This document shows, piece after piece, positions 37,301 to 49,300 of a DNA stretch of 64,000 nt; position 1 is the stretch's first letter; every line of letters begins with the position of its first letter. The position numbers and the translations under genes are program-made. This stretch comes from Centroscyllium fabricii (Eukaryota): the NCBI GenBank assembly GCA_051313645.2, contig JBNRSN020000016.1:65596001-65660000 (forward strand), given 5' to 3'. The notes beneath the pieces are model-generated. The model worked only from the letters and a program-made list of their open reading frames with translations. It did no database searches and was not told where the DNA came from.

Positions 37301-40300
37301 AAATCAATCCATGAGATGAGATAACATGAGAGAAACTGCAGATTTAATAGAGATATCCTACACACATAACTTTGGTGTTTAGTCTGGTACTATAATCTGT
37401 GCAATCCGACATCAGCACTATACCCATTCCTATAATGCACCCACATTACTTCATGCATTGTCATTGGTTGTGGGCTAAAATCAATCAGTTAATGGGATAC
37501 ATGTATTTCATTGTCAAATTGGTCCTAGATGATTCAAATAAATGATAAAGAAAAGTTACAAAAGGTATGCCAGGAAGTGTGCTGTTGCTAGCATATTCGT
37601 GCCTTTCCCACCAATGGAAGTACCCTGTACTATTGTCAGTGGAACAGGAATGTTGGCAAGCATTATTTCAAAATTAATAAACTGCAGCTTTAAGGTTTAT
37701 TCTTTAGAATAGTAATAACCAAAGAGCCTTTGGTTTCCAATTATGTAATTTACTTTTATCATTATCACTGGGAGAAGTTTCTTAAAAATAATCCTAAGAT
37801 TTTTTAACGGTCTCAACTAGAGCGGCAATCACAGTAACGTAAATTCAGCAAATTCATGGTCATGATTGATTTTTAATGGGGGGCGGGGGGGAGGTGAAGC
37901 AATGATAATTAACTGTTTTGGCGAAGGGAAACTGAGGAGCAGCGCAGTAGTCCCAGGAATTTATGGTGTGATGTAAGTAATGGCGTCCGTCACTAATTTC
38001 CTGGGACTTTTGCACTGTAAAATGAGCCCTGTGATGTACATGTGCCATTACAATGGCGCGAGTCTCCAAAAATACTGGCCCAGAATTTGCTGGGACTCTG
38101 TCTGTTTGCAGTGTATTTATCAATAGAAACATAGAAGATAGGAGCAGGAGTAGGCCATTCGGCCCCTCGAGCCTGCTCTACCATTCAATGAGATCATGGC
38201 TGATCATCCAAACTCAGTACCCTGTCCCTGCCTTCTCCCTATATCGCTTACCTTTATCTCTAAGAGATATGTCTAACTCCTCCTTGAATATATTTAATGA
38301 CTTGGCCTCAACTACATTCTGTGGTAGAGAATTCCACAGGTTCACCACTCTCTGGGTGAAGAAATTCTTCCTCATCTCTGTCCTAAATGGCTTACCCCTT
38401 ATCCTTAGACTATGACCCCTGGTTCTGGACTCTCCGATCATCTGGAACATTCTTCCTGCATCTAGTTTATCCAGACCTGTCAGAATTTTATACGTTTCGA
38501 TGATATCCCCTCTCATTCTTCCAAACTCCAGCGTGTATAAGCCCAATGGACCCAATCTCTCCTCATATGTCATTCCTGCCATCCCAGGTATCGGCCTTGT
38601 GAATCTTCGCTGCACTCCTTCCATGGCAAGAACATCCTTCCTCAGATAAGGCGACCAAAACTGCACATAGTACTCAAGGTGTGGTCTCACCAAGGCCCTG
38701 TACAACTGCAGCAGGACATCCTTGTTCCTGTACTCAAACCCTTTCACTATGAAGGCCAACATGACAGTTTCTTGAAAGTAAAGGGAATTGGAGGTTACGG
38801 CGAGCGGGCAGGTAAATGGACGTGATGCTAAGTTCAGATCGGCAATGTGATCTCCTGGACAAGTTTTGATCGCCTAGATGGGTCGGAGAGGAATTTCCCA
38901 GATTTTTTCTCCCAAATTGGTCAGTGGGTTTTTGTCTGGTTTTTCGCCTCTCCCAGGAGATCACATGGATTCGGGCAGGATGGAGAGTGAAAGTAGATTT
39001 GGGGTTAGGAGCAGATCAGCCATGATCTTGTTGAATGGCGGTGCAGGCTCGAGGGGCCGATTGGCCTACTCCTGCTCCTATTTCTTATGTTCTATTTGCC
39101 TTCTTCACCGCCTGCTGCACCTGCATGCTTACCTTCAGCGACTGGTGCACAAGGACACCCAGGTCTCGTTGCACTTCCCCTTCTCCCAATCTATTGGCCT
39201 TTAGAGAATAGTCTGCCTTTCTGTTTTTGACACCAAGCTTGATTGTACAATGTTTGTCAAAAATCTGTTTTCTATTTTCAGTTAATTTACATTCTATGTC
39301 TGCTGATGATCTGCTGCCTGTTCTGCTTTATTTACTGGTCAAAACAGAAATACCTAACTGGTAAGTTTATAAATATTCAAACTAAAACAGTGATCTGTCA
39401 GTGTTAACAAGTTTGGGGAGTAAAACATTACAGATTTCCTGACCGTTTACTTAAATCCTTGTACTTAAATTTTCCATGTGTTTTCTGGAAAAATATTCTT
39501 TATTTTGCAAGTTACTTTTTTGTTGCTGCTCTGGCCTACGATGTCCCTTGCATAGTTGTACAGGTACACAATCCTTTATCCGAAAACCTCGGGACCGGAC
39601 GGTTCTCGGATTTCGGATAATTTCGGTTTTCGGAATGGGCGCAATTAACATACATATTTCTGCAGCGAATCTTGTAAATACAGGTTGAACACCGTTAGTC
39701 CGACTGCCCTGCGCATGCGCAAAATGGCCGCCACGATTGATGCTTGGTGGAGCTTGCCTGCCTATGGTCAGGTGGTGTGTGAGGTGGGCTGTGATTGGTG
39801 AGATTTGCCTGTCTGGGGGGTCAGGTGGTGTGTGAGGAGCAGCCCGGGTCTGTGATTGGTGGTCAGGTGGTGTGTGAGGCACAGCCCGGGGCTGTGAGTG
39901 GTGGTCTGGGGGTCAGGTGGTGTGTGAGGCCATGCCCGGGTCTGTGATTGGTGGTCTGGGGTCAGGTGGTGTATGAGGAGCAGCCCGGGACTGTGATTGG
40001 TGGAATCCGCCTGTCTGGGATCAGGTGGTGTGTGAGCTGGGCTGTGATTGGTGGAGCTTGCCTGTCTAGGGTCAGGTGGTGTGTGAGCCCGGGGGCTGTG
40101 ATTGGCTGCAGCCGCTGAGTTTAAACTTCCGGTGGCCATTTTGAATAGTCTGCGCATGCGCTTGCCGTGGCTTTAATCAGTCGGCATTCACAAAAGCGCG
40201 ATAAAGAACGACTATAAGCAGTTTATAAATGCTCTAATAAAGTTTATTTGTAAGGGAAACATTCAATAAAGTGCGTCGGGTCATTTTTTGCGCGCAACTT

Positions 40301-43300
40301 GGGTCATTTGAAATTTTGGTTTTCGGAGCTTTTCGGTTTTTGGATGTGCGGATAAGGGATTGTGTACCTATATCTCTAGTGGCATATGTACCTTGTTCAT
40401 TACTGATGCCTACTTGCCATATAGTGAACTGATCCCTTTGTACTGCCGAGGTATTTTTTTAATGTTTTGAATTGTGCCATTTGGGTTACCAGAAGCAAAG
40501 ACAAAACTGATATGAATCTATTATAAAATGTTTATATAAACATTTTTCTCATTACAGGATGGCCAATCTCAGTTATATCAAGAATTTTAGATTTTGCAGC
40601 GCAGTAAAGGATGAGCTGGGATATTGTCTAACTTCCTTCGAGGCCGCAGTAGAGTATATTCATCAGGGCAACCTGACTCTTGGTCAACCTGTAAGAGCCC
40701 TTCTACATTATTGAAAGATCTCTCCATGTCCATGGCTTTCATTTTTGTATTTTTCTGTTCAGGAAGTGTGCGCATCTGCAGGGTTTTATAGATTATAGAA
40801 GATAGATGTAATGTACTCCAGACAATGAACTTTCCAAAACCAGTGCTGGATTGTGCTAACGATGAATAAATGGAATGTTCAAATGATTTTGGACTTTAGA
40901 CCAATGCATTGAAAAAGGTGGTTGTTAGTTTTTACATTCAAAGGTTATTGAGCTTAATGAAATGGTCCAGAAGATAAACACCATAATTGAAAGTTTTTTT
41001 GCAGACTTTATCGGATCACCCTTTTAATCTTCCTCTCACATTGAACGCACTCTGGATCACCAATTGATTTTCCAAGTCGTGATTATCTGCTCATAGAGCC
41101 CTTATTGCTGATCCATTTTCATGAATGCTGTAGGGATAGCATAGTCACCATGGTTGCATACAAAGTTGGTGAGACCTTAATAAATTGATTTGGTCTGTCT
41201 TTGCTATGAAGCATCTATCCTTTTTGAAATATCTCTGTTAAAAGTCTTACAGAATGTGCACACCATATGCAAGAATTATGCCTATTTTGCCACACTTATT
41301 CCCCCCCCCCCCCAGCTCATCTGTCACACTAAATATTGCTACTTTCAGTGGCATTTTCAGCACTATTTCAGCTACTTACCTCTGACTGATTTATGGCATA
41401 ATCACTTCGTTTTGAGCCTCCCAGAAACATGCGTCTGATTGGCTGAGTTGACCACATGATTAGCTCCAAGTTTTGTCCTCCCCAGCCATGATGCTCAGGT
41501 CCATCGTTGCTATTAATCTATCAACTGTGGATGCCACCGCCACCCCATTTTCCCCCTGCTGCTGTCATGCATTTTTGCCGTCACCACCTGTTCTTCTCAC
41601 TGACTTTACAGACAGTCCAAGCTCACTATTGGAGAAAAATGTTTGCCAGTGGTGCTGTTGCCTCCAGAAGAGCCCAGGAAACGATTGACTACTAGCCTGG
41701 GGGCAGCAGATCTATTTCTTTTACATAATCGTGTCAATTCTTTCCCTGATATATATATTTCTGGGTTAATACGGACAGTTCAAGGTTTTATTTAGTTTTA
41801 TTAGTGAGACATGCATTTATAATAATTAACAATAAAAGTCTTGTTAGGCTGCAAACCCAGTACAAGGACACGGGTTGTATCCGCAACCAACACAACAACT
41901 ACAGGGATAATTTTACCAAATCACGCTCCTAGCACAGATCTTCTGTTGGAACGAATACCATGAAATGAGAGGGACGCTGCTCGTGATTTTCTGTCCATCA
42001 AATATTAATGGACGGAAAATTGTGGGGATAACCAATATGTGCTCTTGGCAGACGAAGCTCCATGCTAGGAACGCAAAATAAACTTGCCCCAAGCATTTCT
42101 GTTGATGTTTGACCTGCAGATTGTGGGGTGATGGGTGCAACATACAGGATTTATTATTGTAAATTTTCTCACCATATGAATTAATAGTGCAACTACAGAA
42201 ATGTTGAAAAATTAGCAACCAAATAAATGTACATTTGAATAAGTCCAACGTGATAAATGTGTGTTCGTGTGCAGCAGAAGTAAAGAGTCTGAATTTTTTT
42301 TTTTTAATGTATTTTCATTTGTCTTGATCATTTACAACTGTTAACCAAGTAAAGCTAAATTTTCAGCAGCTTAAATGCTCCTGAATAATGTATCCTGCAT
42401 GTTTTATGTAGGTTTTAAAGCAATCAAAGTAATTTTCAGTTCTAAATTTGAACACCTACCTTGCACTTTCAGGGAAAATGTAGCATAACGATGATTGAGC
42501 AGTAGGATCTGTTACCCTAATAACGCGTAATGCGAACCTTTTTACTGCGCTGTGTGGCTCGCACATTTCAGGATCTTCTGGTGTTCTCACTGGAGTTGAG
42601 ATTTGTTGTGTTGCACAGCAGGGTCCTGTCCAATTTTTAGTTTGTTCTTTGTGTTTTTTAGTTGTGTACACTATGTATTACATCTGATATGAATTACACA
42701 ACAAACAATGTCACCAATTGCATTGCTATGAAATAAACTCTTATTTTTTGATCGTCCTTTTTTATAGGGATCAGGAGAACTAAATGATAAAGTATTTTTT
42801 AGAGAGAGGATGAACTTGCTGTCCCAGCTGTCTGCAACTCCAATCGATTTCTTGTTTGAGGTAAATCTGAATGATTTCTGTACAACAACCATTTGATACA
42901 AATCAAATCTGGCAGTTGATATTAATTGGGCCCTGTTTTCCTGTGGCCCGATTGCTGCGGGTGCGAGCTCACGTGCACCCGCGGCGCACGCGCACGTAAT
43001 TTTTTTTTTTTTTCTGACGGCAATTTCCTGTGGAAAATGCCGTGTTTTTTTTCCAGCGTAGGGGTCTGATTTTTTTTGGGTGCGTGGTGCAAGCCACGCC
43101 CACTGAGGTCGGCTTTCCCCCCGCACAAAGCACAGAATCGGCCTGAGGATAAAGAATATCGGGTAGGAAGCACGTTTTTTTAAAGTTTCTAGGAAGCTGT
43201 TTTTTTTAAGTTTCTGCCTTTTCTGCTGTTAGGGTTTTTTTTGTTGCTCCAAGTGAAAAAAACACGTTTAAAGTTAAGTTCTTTTTTGATTCCTTTGCAG

Positions 43301-46300
43301 ATATTTGTCTGTGGTCTTTCAGCTTTTGAATGGTAGGGTTTTTTATTTTTTGGTGAAAGTGAAAAAAAAACGGGTTTTGATCGCGTTCAAAACCCGTTTT
43401 TTTTTCACTTTCACCAAAAAATAAAAAACCCTACCCATTTACAAGCTGAAAGACCACAGACAAATATCTGCAAAGGAATCAAAAAAAAACTTACCTTTAA
43501 ACGTGTTTTTTTCACTTCTCAAAGCTGCCTGCAGCCCTCTAAGACTGCTTTTTAAATGTGCAGCAAAAGAGAGACTTGCCCACGTGATACACACGCATTT
43601 TGAGCAGCTGCCACAGGAAATCTGCAGCTCAAAGTCTTCCTGGGTAGGAAGCTGAAGCCCCTTGCCCATCAGCACAGGAAATTCACGTTTCTGGTAATCA
43701 CCCGAGCTGCACCCCCACGAGGCATTTCTGACCCCCCTTCGTGGGGGTGCAGCTCTTCTGGAGCACAGGAAAACAGGGCCCATTGTGTTTTGGACTGTAA
43801 TTCTATTGCATCCTGTCTAATGGCTGTGTGAATAGTAATTATGAAAATTATTAAATGCATAATGTGCCAGTAACCAGGTAGCGGCATAAAAATCTTTGAT
43901 TTTGCCAGATGCTGTTTTTAAAGGTAATCAGAAATGTCCTATTCAGAATGAATCTTTTGTGGTTAAAATTAGTTGTATTGTCTGCGGTACAAAACTTAGG
44001 TATTTAAAGTCTTAACGAGAAAATTATATATTTATCTCCAAATATTATTAAAGCAGTTGAAGGAACAAATTTCCCAATTATGCATTATTATTTGTAGCAG
44101 TTTCTTGACTGACGTTTTTAAACTTGAACCCCATATGATATCTGTGTGCTTAGTGTTAAAAACATGCAGTCAAAGCTTATAATATGAAACCATTTATTTG
44201 TAAAATGGCTATTCTGTGGCGGATCGCCACGCACCGACCGGCGAATCTGCCGGACTCACAGACTCCAGGCACCGGCCTGAGACGCGCTGCTCCCTCGAGG
44301 CCGGTGCTGATACGCCGACGGCATCGCACACATGCGTGGTGACGTCAAGACATGCGCCCGATGCGCAAACGCGCACAACGCGTCGACGTCATCACGCACA
44401 TACGTGATGACGTCAAGACATCCGCAGAGGTCTTTATATTCAAGCGCAAGGGCGCGAAACGCTCTCTCAGCCATGTAAGTGAATAAACTAAGTTGTATGC
44501 GGCTACCCGGTCTCTGAAGTTCTTTCGCCCACCAGCGAACACAACAATAGTGTCATATGTTTCCTGGTAGAATAGGGAAGTGAGAATGTCACAATCAGCC
44601 TCCACCCATATTCCAGCAAACACATTTCACTATAGCTGTTAGAAGATGTGCTTTTGTTGTATAGCCATCCACAAGCTCATTAAGAATCATCCTGAATCAT
44701 CCTGTGGTGTTACTGTTCCACTGTGTTTGTGATTTTCACACATTGAGTATTTATTTTGAATGTGCCATTTGGGTAAGGTGTGGAGCAGAGGCTAGGTATT
44801 TCACTAAAGGGAGTAAGGCAGATCATGCGTCAAGTCTCCATAGCTACTCCTTCGCAGCAGTAACAACACATATAACACCTTTTTAATGTAGCAAAAATGT
44901 CCCAAGACACTTTAAAGATGTAAGGAAAAAAATGGATGCCGAGCCACAGAAGGAAATATTACAAGGCCAAGGCAGCATCTGTGGAGAGAGAAACAGAGTT
45001 AACATTTCAGGTCAAAGACCCTTCAGAACTGTTCTGACGAAGGGTCTTCGACCTGAAACGTTAACTCCATTTCTCTCTCCACCGATGCTGCCTGGCCTGC
45101 TGAGTTTTTCCAGCGTTTTCTGTTATTTTGGATTTCCAGCATCTGCAGTATTTTGCTATCGAAAGATTAGACGGGCTTGATCACAAATGAGCAAATGTCT
45201 AGAAGCAGGCTGGCTGGCTTTTTTTACACCAGAGAATGGGGTATTGCATCTCCTGGGAGGGGAGGAAGGAAAAGGAATGAGGAAATGGGAAATTTCCTCC
45301 CTCCCTCCTTCCACACCCTTTACAAAGTGTCTGATTGTGTGCTTATTTCTTGCAGCACATTGCAGCTGGTAATTGGGCAGAAGTGGAAGCATTGTTAAGT
45401 CAAGGTGAAACTGATGAAGACAGTGTTCAAAAGATGTGCCATCCCCTCTGTTTCTGTGATAGCTGTGAGAAACTTGTGTCGGGGTAAGGTGGTGATTAAA
45501 TAACGCTAGGAGCTGACTGATATTTGGTCAACATATATAATGGTATGTCTAATTGGGGAAAAAAAACTTCAATATGGTCTATAGGCTAGTATGCCATACA
45601 CTGACTGTTTTTGACACACAACTTGATACCTTACTGATGATAAAATGTCTATCAATCCTTCAGTGACCAAGGTTTTGATAAATCTAATTTGTGTGTTAAC
45701 TTCAAGAATATAATGTAAGAATACAAGGTGCCCTTTGCTTTTATAGGAAGCTTGATAGCTTGTGACCTCATTCTAAGTTGACCCATTTTGACCTTCCATT
45801 GGGGCAATCTGGGTGGGGATATCTGGGGAGAGTCTGTTGCCAGGAAAGGACTCTAGACTGCCTGGTGCTTCTGGAGCTCCTGGTGGAGTCCATAAATTAT
45901 CTGTGCAACTGGCATATATTAACAAAGTGTTTCACAGATATGTTTGTGGTGAGGATTGTAATTCACCACAGGAGAGGGGATTGCATCTTCTTGCAGCTTA
46001 TATTAACCCATGCGTTAGGGGATTAATTCTCCAAAGGTTAGGTTCTGTAGGCACAGGCGTAGAGTTGAATTGTGAATTGGGTCTCATCACTTGGCATGTG
46101 GTCACAGGATATCAAGGGTTCATTTCAGTTTCATTGGGCTGTGAAAGCATGTAGGTGGCCATATTTAGGACCCTGGAAATCTCACTGACTCAGCTGAACC
46201 TGAGGGTTGCCACCAAAGCGTGCGGTTCCTAGCCTGTGCTTACCTGTGCCAAAAACTTCAACTTGTCAATGTATTTTCCAGAAAGCACCTGCTCATGAAG

Positions 46301-49300
46301 ATGGGTTCCTTGATGGGGGGCCCTTCAGAGAATGCCAAGAAATGCACAGAGGCTTGCAGTGAGCTTTATCCAAGGGAGATTCAAGCCTGGGGTGGCGGCA
46401 GGAGGGTATGAAGACAGGAATAGTGAAGAGTTGAGGTAGAGATTCGAGGGGAGAAATGAAAGGTGGTATAACTGGGTGACAGGAAGGGGAGGAGACGGGT
46501 CGGGATTGACCAAAAGGGGATAAAAGAAGAGGGAACAAAAGAGAGTAATGGGATTGAGTCTGGAATGGCAGCGAAAATTATAGAACAGGACTATTAGTAG
46601 CTAAAAAGACAAATCTGTACTGCTGGAAGAGCCTTTCTGCTGTTAATCTTTGGGTGAAAGGAATGCTACAAATGGCTGAATTTGAAATTGGTTTAGTAAT
46701 GTTTAATGGTCAGGCAAAAGCACCAATCAAGTGATCTTTTAGAGCAATACAGCCAGAATCACGGGAGATGGCATGAGCTAGTTGTTTCAGCAGAGCTAAA
46801 ACTGAGCCACGGTATAGTCTAGTCTTCACCCTTTCCAAGGAGCAAAAAGGGAATTTGAGAGCTTAAAGCTGAGAAGTGTTTGCAGGCTGGATATACTCCG
46901 CAGACTTTAACTGTGTGCATGTGCACACACACAATTGTGAAATGTCCAGGAAGGGTAAGGACAAATTTGTTTTATTTTCTGTATATAAGCCTGTAAACTG
47001 CTGATTAAAGCTTTTGCATTAGTGAATCGGGTGTCTGACAACTTTTCTATTTTGTAGACGGATGAATGACCCATCTATTGTCACTCCATGTTCCAGAGAT
47101 GACCGGGGTTATACGCCATTGCACGTAGCTGCTTTCTGTGGTAAGCACTATATTTGTGCTGTGATCAGACTTGATGGGTAACTTGTATCTTTCTTTAAAT
47201 CCTCAGATTTGAAATAAGTCTTAATATTTTAATTTAAACATTAAATTGTGTAGTGAACTACGTAAACAGCACATTGTTAATTCGGCACTGACATACTTTT
47301 GTTAAAAAAAAATAATTCTAAATAATAATTATTTATCCTCAAGGCCAAGCATCATTGATTGACGTGTTGGTGTCAAAAGGAGGTGCAGTTAATGCTACAG
47401 ACTATCATGGGTCCACCCCACTTCACCTATCCTGTCAGAAAGGGTATCAAAATGTGACCGTAAGCAAATCAGACCAAGAGTTTCAAGACATGCCTGAAAA
47501 CTGATTACAGTCTTTCTGCTTTTTGTTTTAAGTAAATGCAGTAAAAAAAACACATTCTGTTACTTCTTGTGCATTTCTTTTAAGCTTCTGAAAGGCAAAT
47601 TAATTGGCTATGAAGCTACTGTTTGGTATTTGTGTAATACACTGAATATACATAAGGGATAATGCCACATTTACAACAGGAAGCCATACTCAGGATATGT
47701 GGGTCGGAGAATTGGTGCTACAGTGTTGTAACCCACAGACGGGAGTAAGAAATTAACCATAGAATGTTTTTGGTTGAATGACTAATTTATATTGCATTTA
47801 AAAGTAAGAATACCACATTATTGATGACATCTTAAGTGCTCATTTTAATAAATTGATTTAAGTTGCAGACCGCTTTTAATCCTCTTTTATTATATAGTTG
47901 CTTCTTCTGGATTACAAGGCCAGCACTGAAGTTCAAGATAATAATGGCAATACTCCACTTCATTTGGCTTGCATGCATGGTCATGAAGATGTAAGTTTTA
48001 ATAAAAGTTGAATTCTATTATTGAATTTGTAGTTGATTTACATAAACATGGTTACAAACTCTACTCCAGGAAATGCACTCTGCTGTTTGCCTCCACTACA
48101 GCTCCCACTCCACAGCATTCCATAGTTAGCCCCATCTCCTCCTCTGTCCTCCCTCTTCTGCCACCCCCCCTGCCAGCCCTTCCCCCCCACCCCCCCCCCC
48201 CTCGCCAGCCCTTATCAGACTCTCTTCCTCCAAGTCCTACAGTTGGCTCCCTCAACCTTCCCATCTAGTTTTTGACCTTTCAATGATCTCTCCTTAGTTT
48301 AATGCTTAACAATATCAACAACAACAAAGATTGCATTTGTATAATACTTTTAACGTAGTAAAACATCCCAAAGCATTTCACAGAGGTGAAATCTAAAAAT
48401 GGGCACTGAACCAAAGGATGGTTGACCAAAAGCTTTGTCAAAACGGGTAGGTTTTAAGGAGGGCCTGAAAGCAGAAGGGGAAGTGGATTGGCGGAACGAT
48501 TTGGGAGGGAATTCCAGAGCCATGGGACCCACGCAGCTGAAGGCACAGCTACCAATAGTGGAGCAAAGAAACATAGAAACATAGAAGATAGGACCAGGAG
48601 TCGGCCATTTGGCCCCTCGAGCCTGCTCCGCCATTCAATGAGATCATGGCTGATCATCCAAATTCAGTACCCTGTTCCTGCCTTCTCCCCATATCCCTTG
48701 ATCCCTTTAGCCTTAAGAAATATATCCAGCTCCTTCTTGAATATATTTAATGAATTGGCCTCAACTGCCTTCTGTGGTAGAGAATTCCACAGGTTCACCA
48801 CTCTCTGGGTGAAGAAATTCCTCCTCATCTCTGTCCTAAATGGCTTACCCCTTACCCTTAGACTGTGATCCCTGGTTCTGGAGTCCCCTGCCATCGGGAA
48901 CATCCTTCCTGCATCTAGTCTGTCTGGCCCTGTTAGAATTTTATAAGTTTCAATGAGATCCCCTCTCATTCTTCTAAACTCCAGCGAGCATAAGCCCAAT
49001 CGACCCAATCTCTCCTCATACGTCATTCCTGCCATCCCAGGTATCAGCCTGGTGAATCTTCGCTGCACTCCCTCCATGGCAAGAACATCCCTCCTCTGAT
49101 AAGGCGACCAAAACTGCACCCAATACTCGAGGTGTGGTCTCACCAAGGCCCTGTACAACTGCAGCGAGACATCCTTGCTTCTGTACCAGGAAAGGCAGGG
49201 AGAGGCCAGAGTCAGGGGAACGAAGATTTGGTGAGGTGGGAGATGAGTCAGAAATGGCACATCAGGTTTGATCTATGTAGTGAATTGTGTTTTTTTTCAG

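Noticed and set aside
45750-47040. Possible old LTR-like sequence before exon 47058 (and similar at ~1140-1440)
   Set aside because: No confident termini or TSD could be defined by eye.
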